Source of the DNA: an uncultured Bacilli bacterium
GTDB taxonomy: Bacteria; Bacillota_I; Bacilli_A; RF39; UBA660
NCBI GenBank assembly: GCA_947588935.1
Contig: CANQAU010000002.1
Location: 1-41,878 of the forward strand
DNA length: 41,878 nt
Reading direction: 5' to 3'
The notes under the pieces were generated by a model. That model did no database searches. It was not told where the DNA came from and was given only the letters and a program-made list of their open reading frames with translations. Positions 9,951-19,749 of the stretch are shown one piece after another (the first letter of the stretch is position 1; every line of letters begins with the position of its first letter). Made by a program: the position numbers and the translations under genes.

Positions 9951-10056
9951 AAAACTCCCTCTTTTGGGGCTTTATTCTACAATAAATTTTGACAATTGTC
10001 AATTTTCTCTCTAAAAAACTCCGTTTCTTTACTTCAAACGAGGTTTTATGATTTTT

Positions 10057-12861
10057 TTATAAATATTTCTTTAACCATTGTCCGGTGTAGGATTCTTTTA
10101 CTTTGCTTACTTCTTCTGGAGTTCCACTGGCCACAATGGTTCCACCGCCATCTCCACCTTCTGGTCCAAGATCAATAATATGATCAGCAACTTTAATGAC
10201 GTCTAGATTGTGTTCAATGACAATGACGGTATCTCCGTTATCTACAATTCGATTTAAAATGGTTAACAATTTTTTGATATCTTCGGTATGCAATCCAGTC
10301 GTTGGTTCATCTAGAATAAACAAACTTTTTCCGGTTGCTTTCTTTTGAAGTTCTTTGGCTAATTTTACTCTTCCGGCTTCTCCACCAGAAAGTGTGGTTG
10401 CACTTTGACCGAGTTCAATATAGGTAAGTCCTACATCCATCAGTACATCTAGTTTTTGTTTAATCTTTGGGACATTTTCAAAAAATTGACTTGCTTCATT
10501 GACACGCATGGAAAGGACATCGGCGATATTTTTTCCTTTAAATTTGATATCCAATGTTTCTTTGTTATATCTTTTGCCTTTGCAAACATCGCATGGAACG
10601 TAGACATCTGGAAGAAAATGCATCTCGATTTTTTTTACGCCATCTCCCCAACATGCTTCACAACGACCGCCTTTGACGTTGAATGAAAATCTTCCTTTGT
10701 CATATCCGCGCATTTTGCTTTCTTTGGTGGTAGCAAACAAATCCCGAATATCATCAAATACTCCAACGTAAGTGGCTGGATTACTCCTTGGAGTTCTTCC
10801 GATTGCATCTTGCGTAATCATGACGACTTTGTCAATGTTTTCTAATCCTTTGATTTCTTTACATTTTCCAGGTATTTCTTTAGAACGATATAATTTTTGG
10901 GCAACGCTTTTGTACAAAATTTCATTGACCAAAGTACTCTTTCCGGATCCGGATACTCCCGTTACACATATAAACTTACCAAGCGGAAATTTGACATTGA
11001 TTTTTTTCAAGTTATTTTCTTCGGCTTTTATCACTTCAATTACTTGTCCATTTCCTTTTCTTCGCCGTTTTGGAACCTCAATTTTTTCTTTTCCGGATAA
11101 ATATCTTCCGGTTAGGCTCTGTTCATTTTTCATGACTTCTTGTGGTGTTCCGCATGTGACTACTTCTCCGCCTTCTGTTCCAGCGCCTGGACCAATATCG
11201 ACTAAAAAGTCACTTGCTAACATCGTATCGGTATCGTGTTCAACAACAATTAAAGTATTTCCTAAGTCACGCATTTCTTTTAAAGAGTTGATTAATTTTT
11301 CATTATCTCTTTGGTGCAAGCCAATACTTGGTTCATCTAAAACGTATAATACTCCTGATAATTTGCTTCCGATTTGGGTAGCAAGACGAATTCTTTGACT
11401 TTCTCCACCGGAAAGTGTTCCGGCTTTTCGATCGAGCGTTAAATATTCCAAGCCAACATTTTGTAAGAAATCTAATCGATTTTCAATTTCTTTTAATAGG
11501 AGTCGACTGATTTCTTCTTGTTCTTTGGATAACTTTAAATTTTTGAGAAAAAGGTTTAATTCTTTGATACTCATACAAGACATTTCATAGATATTTTTCT
11601 TATTAATATAGATGGATAAAATGCTGTCTTGCAAACGAGATCCATGGCAGATGGGGCAATCGGTTTCCACCATGAATGTTTCTAACCATTCGCGAATCCA
11701 AGCGCTCGATGTTTCCATATAACGACGTTCTAAGTTGTTAATCACGCCTTCATAGTAATCGTTGCTATATCTGACATTTCCGTTTTTGGCAACGTATTTG
11801 ACGGAAACGGGCTCGGGTGTTCCGTATAAAATGATGTCCATTTTTTCTTTGGGAACTTTACTGATTGGCATATTCATGTCGATATCATATTTTTCACAAA
11901 CTGCTGTCATGGTTGTATTATGAATATTATTATCTAAATTATAAGCAATGATGGCTCCTTCATTTAGACTTTTTTCTTTATTGGGAATGACTAAGTCGAC
12001 ACTGATTTTTAATTTGGTTCCTAGTCCTTTACACTCTTCACATGCTCCATATGGGGAATTGAATGAAAACATTCGCGGTTCTAATTCACCAATGGAATAA
12101 TTACATTTTAAGCAAGCATAATTTTCACTCATGAGAATTTCTTTGTCGTCGATAATATGAATTAAGACTAAGCCATTTGCGAGTTTGGTACTGGTCTCAA
12201 TGGCTTCAAAAATCCGACTTCTTTCTTCTTCATTGACCACAATTCGATCGATCACGACTTCAATGGTATCTTTTTTGTTTTTTTCTAGTTGGATGTCTTC
12301 TTCAAGGCCATACACTTGGTTATTGACACGTACTCTTGAGTATCCTTCGCTTCGTAGTGTATCAAATAATTCTTTATGCGTTCCTTTTTCTCCTCGAACA
12401 ATGGGAGACAAGATTTCAATCTTGGTTCCACTTTCGAGTTCTAATACCCGATTTGTCATTTCTTCGATACTTTGTGATGTGATGGGAATATGATGATGTG
12501 GACAATATGGGGTACCGATTCTCGCATATAATAATCTTAAAAAATCATAAATTTCGGTAATGGTTCCTACTGTACTACGAGGATTTTTATTGGTTGTTTT
12601 TTGATCAATGGAAATACTTGGCGATAATCCTTCAATGGAATCGACATCCGGTTTTTCCACATTTCCAATAAATTGACGCGCATATGCACTTAGACTTTCG
12701 ACATATCTTCTTTGTCCTTCGGCATAAATGGTATCAAAAGCTAGACTGCTCTTTCCGGATCCAGATACTCCCGTCATGACAATGAGTTTATTTTTGGGAA
12801 TTTCAATATTAATATTCTTTAAGTTATTTTCTCTTGCACCTTTAATAATTATCTTATCCAT
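10057..12861 (-). CDS. uvrA: excinuclease ABC subunit A
   Basis: 934 aa. Two ABC modules (GVSGSGKSSLAFDT and GVSGSGKSTLVNE, LSGGESQR / LSGGEAGR, LDEPSIGLH / LDEPTTGLH) and Cys4 zinc modules (CPICHGSRL, CEACWGDG...CDVCKGKR). Confidence 0.97.
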   Translation of the reverse strand: MDKIIIKGARENNLKNINIEIPKNKLIVMTGVSGSGKSSLAFDTIYAEGQRRYVESLSAYARQFIGNVEKPDVDSIEGLSPSISIDQKTTNKNPRSTVGTITEIYDFLRLLYARIGTPYCPHHHIPITSQSIEEMTNRVLELESGTKIEILSPIVRGEKGTHKELFDTLRSEGYSRVRVNNQVYGLEEDIQLEKNKKDTIEVVIDRIVVNEEERSRIFEAIETSTKLANGLVLIHIIDDKEILMSENYACLKCNYSIGELEPRMFSFNSPYGACEECKGLGTKLKISVDLVIPNKEKSLNEGAIIAYNLDNNIHNTTMTAVCEKYDIDMNMPISKVPKEKMDIILYGTPEPVSVKYVAKNGNVRYSNDYYEGVINNLERRYMETSSAWIREWLETFMVETDCPICHGSRLQDSILSIYINKKNIYEMSCMSIKELNLFLKNLKLSKEQEEISRLLLKEIENRLDFLQNVGLEYLTLDRKAGTLSGGESQRIRLATQIGSKLSGVLYVLDEPSIGLHQRDNEKLINSLKEMRDLGNTLIVVEHDTDTMLASDFLVDIGPGAGTEGGEVVTCGTPQEVMKNEQSLTGRYLSGKEKIEVPKRRRKGNGQVIEVIKAEENNLKKINVKFPLGKFICVTGVSGSGKSTLVNEILYKSVAQKLYRSKEIPGKCKEIKGLENIDKVVMITQDAIGRTPRSNPATYVGVFDDIRDLFATTKESKMRGYDKGRFSFNVKGGRCEACWGDGVKKIEMHFLPDVYVPCDVCKGKRYNKETLDIKFKGKNIADVLSMRVNEASQFFENVPKIKQKLDVLMDVGLTYIELGQSATTLSGGEAGRVKLAKELQKKATGKSLFILDEPTTGLHTEDIKKLLTILNRIVDNGDTVIVIEHNLDVIKVADHIIDLGPEGGDGGGTIVASGTPEEVSKVKESYTGQWLKKYL

Positions 12862-12931
12862 TTTTCCACTTCCTATATTTTTCTTCGTTGTTTTTTTATT
12901 GTATCATTTCTTCATTGATTTATGCACAACT

Positions 12932-12960
12932 AATATAGCATACGTTCGTTTGCTAGTCAA
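12932..12960 (-). promoter_or_regulatory. candidate sigma-A promoter of uvrA
   Basis: Minus strand reads TTGACT (12955-12960), a 17-nt spacer, then TATATT (12932-12937). The spacer contains a single CGAAC half-site. Confidence 0.45.
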
Positions 12961-12962
12961 TG

Positions 12963-12990
12963 AAAAAAAGAAAAGCTTTTTCAAGCTTCG
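12963..12990 (-). terminator. intrinsic terminator overlapping the stop codon of the 387-aa gene
   Basis: Minus strand reads GAAGCTTgaaAAAGCTTTTC followed by TTTTTTT. Confidence 0.55.
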
Positions 12991-14144
12991 TCATTTTTGA
13001 TTTCTTCTCCATACATATTAAAGCGGGTTTCTTGTTGATCTTCTAGAGAAATGGTACTTAAATCTCCGTTTTCTTCGATTTTTACTTCTTGATACCAATT
13101 GTCTTCTAATAGTTTTTCAAAATCCACATTGTATACTTGATAACTCTTTTGGTTGGCACTTTCTTTTTCTAATAAGTAATAGGTTGCCTTACTATTTTTT
13201 AATTCTAACATGGTATATTTTTCATTTTGCATATTGGTAAGGGATAAGGTTTGTTTCACTTCTTTGGTTTTATAGTTCCATACATACCATACATTTGGTT
13301 CATCTGTTTGGGTATTTAATAAATACGCATCATTTATGAGGGTCCAATTTTGATTTTTAAATTCGGTTGTTACTTCTTTATGTTCATAGTCATAAAAAGC
13401 TCTTTGACTCTCTTTGTTTTCTAAAATAAGGCCTTTTATTTGATTGTTGTATCTTAATATTTCGACATCTTGAAGTTCTTCTGATGTATTAATGACTTCT
13501 TTATATTTTGTCTTATAATCATAGATATAATTTACTTTATCCCATAAAATGGAGATATTGTTTTCTTGGTCGATTTTGTAATAATAGCAGTTTTCTACTC
13601 CACACTGATAAGTATCGATAATTCTTTTTTGACTTCCATCGTTCGTCCACTCTAGCTTTCCAGAAGTGGTTTGGTATAAATAAATTTCTTGTGAATCTTG
13701 GGTGTTATTGAATCGATCCATTTCATGATGAATATATCCGTCGATGATTAAATTGGATAGTTCTTTTGCAACTGGATGATCAAATGGTAATAAATAATAC
13801 CGTTTATTTTGACCATTGTAGATATTGATTCCTTCTTCTTGCCATGGTGTTTTCGATGGTTTTAATCCTTTTAAAAGTTGTCTTAATAAACGAACCGTAT
13901 TGTATTCGGTTTTCGGTAACATGTATGAATAACTTGTTTCTCCATCGGTTTCTACTTTTTCAATCTTCCCACTTTGATTATAAAATTGATATGTAATGGA
14001 ATTGGCATTTTCATATTCAAATGATACTTTAAATAATATGCCATTTTCTAATGTATTTTCGTGAACTAAAAATAAGACTAAAAATGTAATGAGTACGATA
14101 CTTAGGAGGGCACCAATCACATATATACCCTTTTTACTTTGCAT
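12981..14144 (-). CDS. hypothetical N-terminally anchored extracytoplasmic protein (Tyr/Asn/Lys-rich)
   Basis: Start moved to the ATG at 14144 (MQSKKGIYVIGALLSIVLITFLVLFLV) because SD GAGGTG lies 4 nt upstream. The track start is a TTG inside that SD. It has one N-terminal helix. Confidence 0.6.
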   Translation of the reverse strand: MQSKKGIYVIGALLSIVLITFLVLFLVHENTLENGILFKVSFEYENANSITYQFYNQSGKIEKVETDGETSYSYMLPKTEYNTVRLLRQLLKGLKPSKTPWQEEGINIYNGQNKRYYLLPFDHPVAKELSNLIIDGYIHHEMDRFNNTQDSQEIYLYQTTSGKLEWTNDGSQKRIIDTYQCGVENCYYYKIDQENNISILWDKVNYIYDYKTKYKEVINTSEELQDVEILRYNNQIKGLILENKESQRAFYDYEHKEVTTEFKNQNWTLINDAYLLNTQTDEPNVWYVWNYKTKEVKQTLSLTNMQNEKYTMLELKNSKATYYLLEKESANQKSYQVYNVDFEKLLEDNWYQEVKIEENGDLSTISLEDQQETRFNMYGEEIKNDEA

Positions 14145-14221
14145 AAAACACCTCAATATTCCTATGATGTTATTATTTTAGCATATATTTTCTAGAAAAA
14201 AAATGTATTCCTCGTAAGTTT

Positions 14222-14989
14222 TTATTTCTTTTCGCTTCGTTTTTGAATTTTTGAAATGACTTTTAGGGATAATTTCCAAGGGGCAAAACGGTTTAGGAAT
14301 AACCCCATTTTTATGAGAAAGCCTGGAATGATAAGACATTTGTTTTGCAATGTTTTGTCAATAGCATACTTCGCCACTACTTGAGCGCTTTGTTCATTGA
14401 TTTTAAAATTTCCCTTGGCTACTTTGGTAAATTCGGTATGAACCGGTCCAGGGCAAAGAACACTTATGTGAACGTTACTTTTCTGTTCTCTTAATTCTTC
14501 ATAGATGGCTAGTGATAATTTGGCAACATAATTTTTGGTTGCATAGTAGGTACTTAAATGAGGTCCAGCTAAAAAACCGGCAGATGAGGCAACATTTAAA
14601 ATTCGCCCATGATCTTTTTTGATAAAATCTTGTAAATATAATTTGGTTAAAATATGATATGCTTTTATATTGACGTTAATCATGTCTAATTCTGTTTGTA
14701 AATCCGTTTTTTCAAATACTCCGAAAAGACCAAATCCGGCATTGTTAATTACAAGATCAATTGGTAAATTTTTGGTTTTTTCATATAGTTGATAACAATT
14801 TTGTTCTTCTTTTAAATCACAGGGAATGATGGTTACTTTTGTTTTGATTTGTTTTTGTAATTCTTCTAGCCTTTCTTTTCGTCTTGCAACTAAAATTAAA
14901 TCATATCCTAATGTACTTAGATACTGTGCCATTTCTTTTCCGATTCCACTGCTTGCTCCCGTTACTAATGCTAACATACGATCACCCAT
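14222..14989 (-). CDS. short-chain dehydrogenase/reductase (SDR) family oxidoreductase
   Basis: TGASSGIGKE cofactor motif, NNAG, and catalytic S...YxxxK (YYATKNYV). The start could instead be the second ATG (MLALVTG). Confidence 0.85.
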   Translation of the reverse strand: MGDRMLALVTGASSGIGKEMAQYLSTLGYDLILVARRKERLEELQKQIKTKVTIIPCDLKEEQNCYQLYEKTKNLPIDLVINNAGFGLFGVFEKTDLQTELDMINVNIKAYHILTKLYLQDFIKKDHGRILNVASSAGFLAGPHLSTYYATKNYVAKLSLAIYEELREQKSNVHISVLCPGPVHTEFTKVAKGNFKINEQSAQVVAKYAIDKTLQNKCLIIPGFLIKMGLFLNRFAPWKLSLKVISKIQKRSEKK

Positions 14990-15059
14990 TTTATTATATC
15001 CGAAAATGAATTTTTTCCAACAAAAAATGTAGATGGTTGTCTACATTCTTTTTCGTTTC

Positions 15060-16682
15060 CTATACTCTTTTTTCTAGGATATCCATAATGTTTGGTAACA
15101 TTTGTTTTTTTCTCGATACCAAGTCTGGAATAAATTGTCCTTCTTCGATGTCTTCATATCCAAAGGAATCGGCGACGATGTCTTTGGATTCGGTATTATA
15201 AAATACATAGGAACCATTTTGAATCACATCTGTGACAAATAAGGTGACGATTCCATATTCGCCTTTGGCAATTTCATCCAATTTTTGAATATATTTTTCT
15301 TTGCTCTTATTAATCTCATCAATATCCATTGTGATAATTTGACTGATACCTAAAGTTGTATTTCCCACTTTATATGATTTGAAGTCTTGGAAGAAGACAT
15401 CTTCAATACTCATATTTTTGATGGAACTTGCTTCTGTGAGCATTTTTCTTCCATAGGTTGGAATATCTACTCCGGCAATATTTGCAAGAATTTCCGCGGA
15501 TTTTTTATCTTCTTCGGTCGCGGTTGGGCTTTGGAATAGTAAAGTATCGGATAAAATGGCAGATAACATAATGCCGGCGATGTCTTTGGGAATTTCGATG
15601 TGATATTCTTGATACATCTTACAGATGATGGTACAAGTACATCCCACCGGCATCGAACGGAAGTTGATTGGAATGCTCGTACCAATTGCTCCTAGATTAT
15701 GGTGATCGATAATTTCTTCGATTTGTGCTTCTTCAATTCCGGGAACACTTTGTTCAAAATTATTGTGATCCACTAGGATTACTTTTAATTTTGAATATTT
15801 TTCAACATCCGTTACTTTGATGACTCCTAGACATTCTTTTTTCTTATTGATCATTGGATAATTGGTATGTCCCAGTTTATTTGCTAAATCAATAAATTCG
15901 GTTCGATAATCCAGTTCATTTACAGTCGTTGGGGCTTTATTGATAACAAGTGTTGATATGTAATTACTTAATGGAAGGGCATTTCCGGTTTTAAATGTAT
16001 CCATCTTTGTTGATATGACATTAATCTTTTTTTCTTGAGCCTTTTTTAATAAATCATCTGGTAATTCATGTCCTCCGGTTAAGACAATTAATTCGACTCC
16101 ACAATCCATGGCATATTCGATAATTTTATAACGGTCGCCAATAATTAAAATATTCTCTTTTTTAAATTCAATATCTGCCAGAATGGTTTTACTTTGGTAT
16201 CCGCCAATCATGATTTCTCCATTGATATCATCTGTAAATTGGCAAATCTTTTTTCCTTTGATAACGTCTAAAATATTTTGATAAGATGTGTGAATGAGGT
16301 CTTTTTCTCCTTCTACTAGAAGCATAGCAATTTCTTTTAGGGTTACAAAGCCGGTTAAACGTTTCTTTTCATTGACGAGTGGAAGAGCAGTACAGCCACA
16401 TTTTTGCATGTAATGAATGGCACTTTCAATGGATACGTTTTCTGGTAAAACGGCTTTCTTATTGTATTCAATGTTTCGAAGTTGTACTTTTACATTGTTT
16501 AGATAGGCAGGTTCTTTGACATGAAAATAATCTAAGACAAATTTACTTTCGGCATTGATGTGACCAAGTACTCGCGGCTCAGTATTTTCTCCTAAGGCAT
16601 TTTTTAAATAAGATAAACTAATACTTGCACAGACACTATCTGTATCTGGATTTCGATGTCCAAAAACATAAACTTTTTCCAT
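15060..16682 (-). CDS. ppaC: family II (DHH) manganese-dependent inorganic pyrophosphatase with CBS/DRTGG insertion
   Basis: 540 aa. N-terminal VFGHRNPDTDS (DHH motif I), a long insertion between the DHH motifs with a CBS-like segment, DHHN, and a C-terminal DHHA2-like region. SD GAGGGGA. Confidence 0.85.
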   Translation of the reverse strand: MEKVYVFGHRNPDTDSVCASISLSYLKNALGENTEPRVLGHINAESKFVLDYFHVKEPAYLNNVKVQLRNIEYNKKAVLPENVSIESAIHYMQKCGCTALPLVNEKKRLTGFVTLKEIAMLLVEGEKDLIHTSYQNILDVIKGKKICQFTDDINGEIMIGGYQSKTILADIEFKKENILIIGDRYKIIEYAMDCGVELIVLTGGHELPDDLLKKAQEKKINVISTKMDTFKTGNALPLSNYISTLVINKAPTTVNELDYRTEFIDLANKLGHTNYPMINKKKECLGVIKVTDVEKYSKLKVILVDHNNFEQSVPGIEEAQIEEIIDHHNLGAIGTSIPINFRSMPVGCTCTIICKMYQEYHIEIPKDIAGIMLSAILSDTLLFQSPTATEEDKKSAEILANIAGVDIPTYGRKMLTEASSIKNMSIEDVFFQDFKSYKVGNTTLGISQIITMDIDEINKSKEKYIQKLDEIAKGEYGIVTLFVTDVIQNGSYVFYNTESKDIVADSFGYEDIEEGQFIPDLVSRKKQMLPNIMDILEKRV

Positions 16683-16740
16683 GATATCCCCTCACTTGCG
16701 ATAATCAGTATAGCATAAATTCCTGAAAATTCAAAGATTT

Positions 16741-18693
16741 TTAATCGGTTTCACTTTTCATTTCAAATAAGATATCTCGAAGTTCCATCGCACGTTCAAA
16801 ATCCAATTCTTTGGCAGCTTTTTTCATCTCTTCTTCGATGCGGGCAATCATATTGATTTTTTCTTTTTTATTGATTTTCGTTTCTTTTTTCGCTGGTTTC
16901 ATGGTATTGGAGATGACTTCTTTAATCTCTTTTTCAATGGTTTTAGGAATGATGTGATGTTGACGATTGTATTCTTCTTGGATTTGACGACGGCGCTTGG
17001 TTTCGGTAATGGCTTCGTTCATGGCATCGGACATGGTATCTGCATACATAATTACGTGACCGCTCGCATTTCTTGCACATCTTCCAATGGTTTGAATTAA
17101 ACTTCTTCCACTTCTTAAAAAACCTTGTTTATCGGCGTCTAGAATACAGATGAGACTGACTTCTGGAATATCGATTCCTTCTCGTAATAAGTTAATTCCG
17201 ACAACACAGTCATACATTCCTAATCGTAAATCGTGAATGATTTTTAAACGTTCTAAGGTTTTAATTTCGTTATGTAAATACGCTACTTTAATATTCATTT
17301 CTTTTAAGTAATTGGTTAATTCTTCGCTCATGCGAATGGTTAACGTGGTAATTAATACTCGTTCATTTTTTTCGATTCGCTGGCGAATTTCACTGATTAT
17401 GTCATCAATTTGGCCAAGCGATGGTTTGACTTCAATGGTTGGATCTAATAATCCGGTTGGACGAATGATTTGTTCAACAAACTCGCCATGAACTTTTTCT
17501 TTTTCATAATCTCCTGGTGTAGCAGAAACGTATATGGCTTGATGAATTTTCTTTTCAAATTCATCGTATTTTAAAGGTCGGTTGTCGAGTGCACTTGGAA
17601 GACGAAACCCATAATCGACTAGGGTTTGTTTTCGTTGGCGATCTCCATTGTACATTCCTCTTACTTGAGGAAGTGTGACATGAGATTCATCAACCACTAA
17701 TAAAAAGTCTTTGGGAAAGAAATCAATTAAACAGGTTGGTGTTTCTCCTGGACCCCGCAGTGCCAAATGACGAGAATAATTTTCAACGCCACTACAAAAG
17801 CCTGTTTCTTTTAACATTTCAATGTCATAATTGGTTCTTTCGCGTAATCTTTGCTCTTCTAATAATTTATTTTGACTCTTTAATTCTTCTAAACGATTTT
17901 TTAATTCTTCTTCAATTCTACGAATGGCTTCTTGCATTTTTTCATCGCTGGTTACGAAATGGCTAGCCGGAGAAATTGTGATGGTTTTCTTTTCTTGAAT
18001 GATGGCTCCGGTGACCGGGTCAAATGTACATAAACGATCTACTTCATCCCCAAACAATTCAATTCTTGTTCCATTGGCATGTTCATTGACGGGAATAATG
18101 TCGATGATATCTCCTCGGACGCGAAATGTTCCACGGTGAAAGTCAATATCACTACGTTCATAGGTCATTTCAATTAATTTGGTAATGATTTCATTTCTTT
18201 TGATGTGATCATGTAAAGTGAGCACGAGCATTTTATTTTCGTATTCTTCTTTTTCACCGATTCCATAAATACAGGATACACTGGCTACAACAATGGTATC
18301 TTGATAATTAATTAAGGCACTGGTCGCTGCATGACGAAGTTCATCAATTTCATCATTAATGGAAGAATCTTTTTCGATATATGTATCACTACTTGGTACA
18401 TACGCTTCTGGTTGGTAATAATCGTAATATGATACAAAATATTCGACATGATTCTTTGGAAATAATTCTTTTAATTCGGCATAGAGTTGTCCAGCTAAGG
18501 TTTTGTTATGGGCGAGAACGAGAGTTGGCTTATTTACTTCTTTTATGACATTGGCAATGGTAAATGTTTTTCCAGTTCCGGTTGCTCCTAACAATACTTG
18601 TTCTTTTTTTCCTTCTTGAATCCCCTTTACTAACTCAGCGATTGCTTTTGGTTGATCGCCGCTCGGTTGAAATTTTGATACTAATTCAAACAT
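16741..18693 (-). CDS. uvrB: excinuclease ABC subunit B
   Basis: Start moved to the ATG at 18693 ([18 protein letters not shown]...) because of a perfect SD AAGGAGA. Motifs: [10 protein letters not shown] Walker A, DESH box, beta-hairpin region [10 protein letters not shown], and C-terminal UVR domain ([15 protein letters not shown]). Confidence 0.97.
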   Translation of the reverse strand: MFELVSKFQPSGDQPKAIAELVKGIQEGKKEQVLLGATGTGKTFTIANVIKEVNKPTLVLAHNKTLAGQLYAELKELFPKNHVEYFVSYYDYYQPEAYVPSSDTYIEKDSSINDEIDELRHAATSALINYQDTIVVASVSCIYGIGEKEEYENKMLVLTLHDHIKRNEIITKLIEMTYERSDIDFHRGTFRVRGDIIDIIPVNEHANGTRIELFGDEVDRLCTFDPVTGAIIQEKKTITISPASHFVTSDEKMQEAIRRIEEELKNRLEELKSQNKLLEEQRLRERTNYDIEMLKETGFCSGVENYSRHLALRGPGETPTCLIDFFPKDFLLVVDESHVTLPQVRGMYNGDRQRKQTLVDYGFRLPSALDNRPLKYDEFEKKIHQAIYVSATPGDYEKEKVHGEFVEQIIRPTGLLDPTIEVKPSLGQIDDIISEIRQRIEKNERVLITTLTIRMSEELTNYLKEMNIKVAYLHNEIKTLERLKIIHDLRLGMYDCVVGINLLREGIDIPEVSLICILDADKQGFLRSGRSLIQTIGRCARNASGHVIMYADTMSDAMNEAITETKRRRQIQEEYNRQHHIIPKTIEKEIKEVISNTMKPAKKETKINKKEKINMIARIEEEMKKAAKELDFERAMELRDILFEMKSETD

Positions 18694-18865
18694 AATTTTT
18701 CTCCTTACTATTGCTACTCTCAATCACAAAATTCGTGTCCATATCAAATTTTTGCTTTCAAAATCTGACTTTTTTGTTAGGACACGAATGGTGGTCACAA
18801 ATTTACCCAATCACACTAAATCATCTTAAATGAATTTTAGTATTTTATATTATCACTATTTTATA

Positions 18866-18896
18866 AACAAAACAAGGAAACGACTGTATGTTTCCC
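18866..18896 (-). terminator. candidate intrinsic terminator in the uvrB upstream spacer
   Basis: Minus strand reads GGAAAC-atacagtc-GTTTCC followed by TTGTTTTGTTTAT. Confidence 0.4.
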
Positions 18897-19144
18897 TGTT
18901 ATTATTTTTCACTTTTTCTTGATATTTTATGTTAGGAAACTCATGTAAATACTCTTTCTACCATAGAATTTGTTTTCGATGGTTTAGCAAATAATATTTT
19001 TGCTTCCGTTACTAACTTGCTAATTTCCAAAGCCATCGTATTATTTTTTTCCAATTCCTTTCTTTTCTTTGAATTTTTCAGACGCGTCTGAAAAATCATT
19101 CATCATTTCTTGTCAAGATAAAAAAATAAGATAGAAAATCTATC

Positions 19145-19681
19145 CTATATATTGATTCCTTTTTGCAATTCAAAAGCATAATTTAATGTTTTTCCTTGCA
19201 TTTCATTTCCAGTACGGTAATCCATCCACATTAATAAATTATAATCTTTTGTTTCACCGACGATGGAATCACTTGTGATTAAAAAATAATAATGATCTGC
19301 ATCTTCATACGTATACAATTCTTTTAAGGATTTGACTTCTGCTTGAAACAAAACATTTAAACAGTTATAATCTAAAGTTGAAGTTTTCGATACCTTCATT
19401 ATCAAATTAAAGTTTTCTTTTGTTAATGATTCATTTACTACGGAAATGGTCATTGGATTTAATGTATTGATGGCAACTTCATTATCCATTGGAAACATTG
19501 GTCCTTGTGGAGAATGGTTGACTTTTAAATAGGTATACTGGGCTTGATCATAAAAAGCAGCAGTGGATAAGTGCTCTCCAATATTTAATGTTTTCCATAG
19601 TGGATAACTAACAGCAATGACAACAAGCATCATGGTAATTTCAATTATTTTCCAACGAATAATTTTGTTAATTGTTTTCAT
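19145..19681 (-). CDS. small secreted protein, sixth member of the TasA-like family in the sipW locus
   Basis: 178 aa. One N-terminal helix, then HLSTAAFYDQ (compare TasA GGTWAAFND). C-terminal strand MQGKTLNYAFELQKG matches the family. The SD (GAGGGGG) sits rather far, 13 nt, from the ATG. Confidence 0.5.
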   Translation of the reverse strand: MKTINKIIRWKIIEITMMLVVIAVSYPLWKTLNIGEHLSTAAFYDQAQYTYLKVNHSPQGPMFPMDNEVAINTLNPMTISVVNESLTKENFNLIMKVSKTSTLDYNCLNVLFQAEVKSLKELYTYEDADHYYFLITSDSIVGETKDYNLLMWMDYRTGNEMQGKTLNYAFELQKGINI

Positions 19682-19749
19682 AATTTTAGTATACCCCCTC
19701 TGATAGATAATATTCTATCATATTTTCACAAAAAAAGCAAATCGACGGC

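Noticed and set aside
10772-11398. 208-aa plus-strand ORF inside uvrA (similar antisense ORFs occur in tex, uvrB, the 739-aa gene and at 38267..38791)
   Set aside because: They lie antisense to strongly supported genes. They have no SD, and their composition is typical of reverse-frame translation of AT-rich coding DNA.
12938-12954. Possible LexA (Cheo) box in the uvrA promoter spacer (CGAACGTATGCTAT)
   Set aside because: Only the CGAAC half matches. The second half (GCTAT versus GTTCG) is poor, so I would not call it without a matrix scan.
15467-15685. 72-aa minus-strand ORF inside the pyrophosphatase gene
   Set aside because: It is an alternative frame within a well-supported CDS.
19041-19106. 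21-codon minus-strand ORF (MMNDFSDASEKFKEKKGIGKK) spanning the 24-nt palindrome, plus a following 31-codon ORF (MALEISKLVTEAKILFAKPSKTNSMVERVFT)
   Set aside because: Neither has a convincing SD at proper spacing. They are hydrophilic and have no recognisable features, so a chance ORF in AT-rich spacer is more likely.
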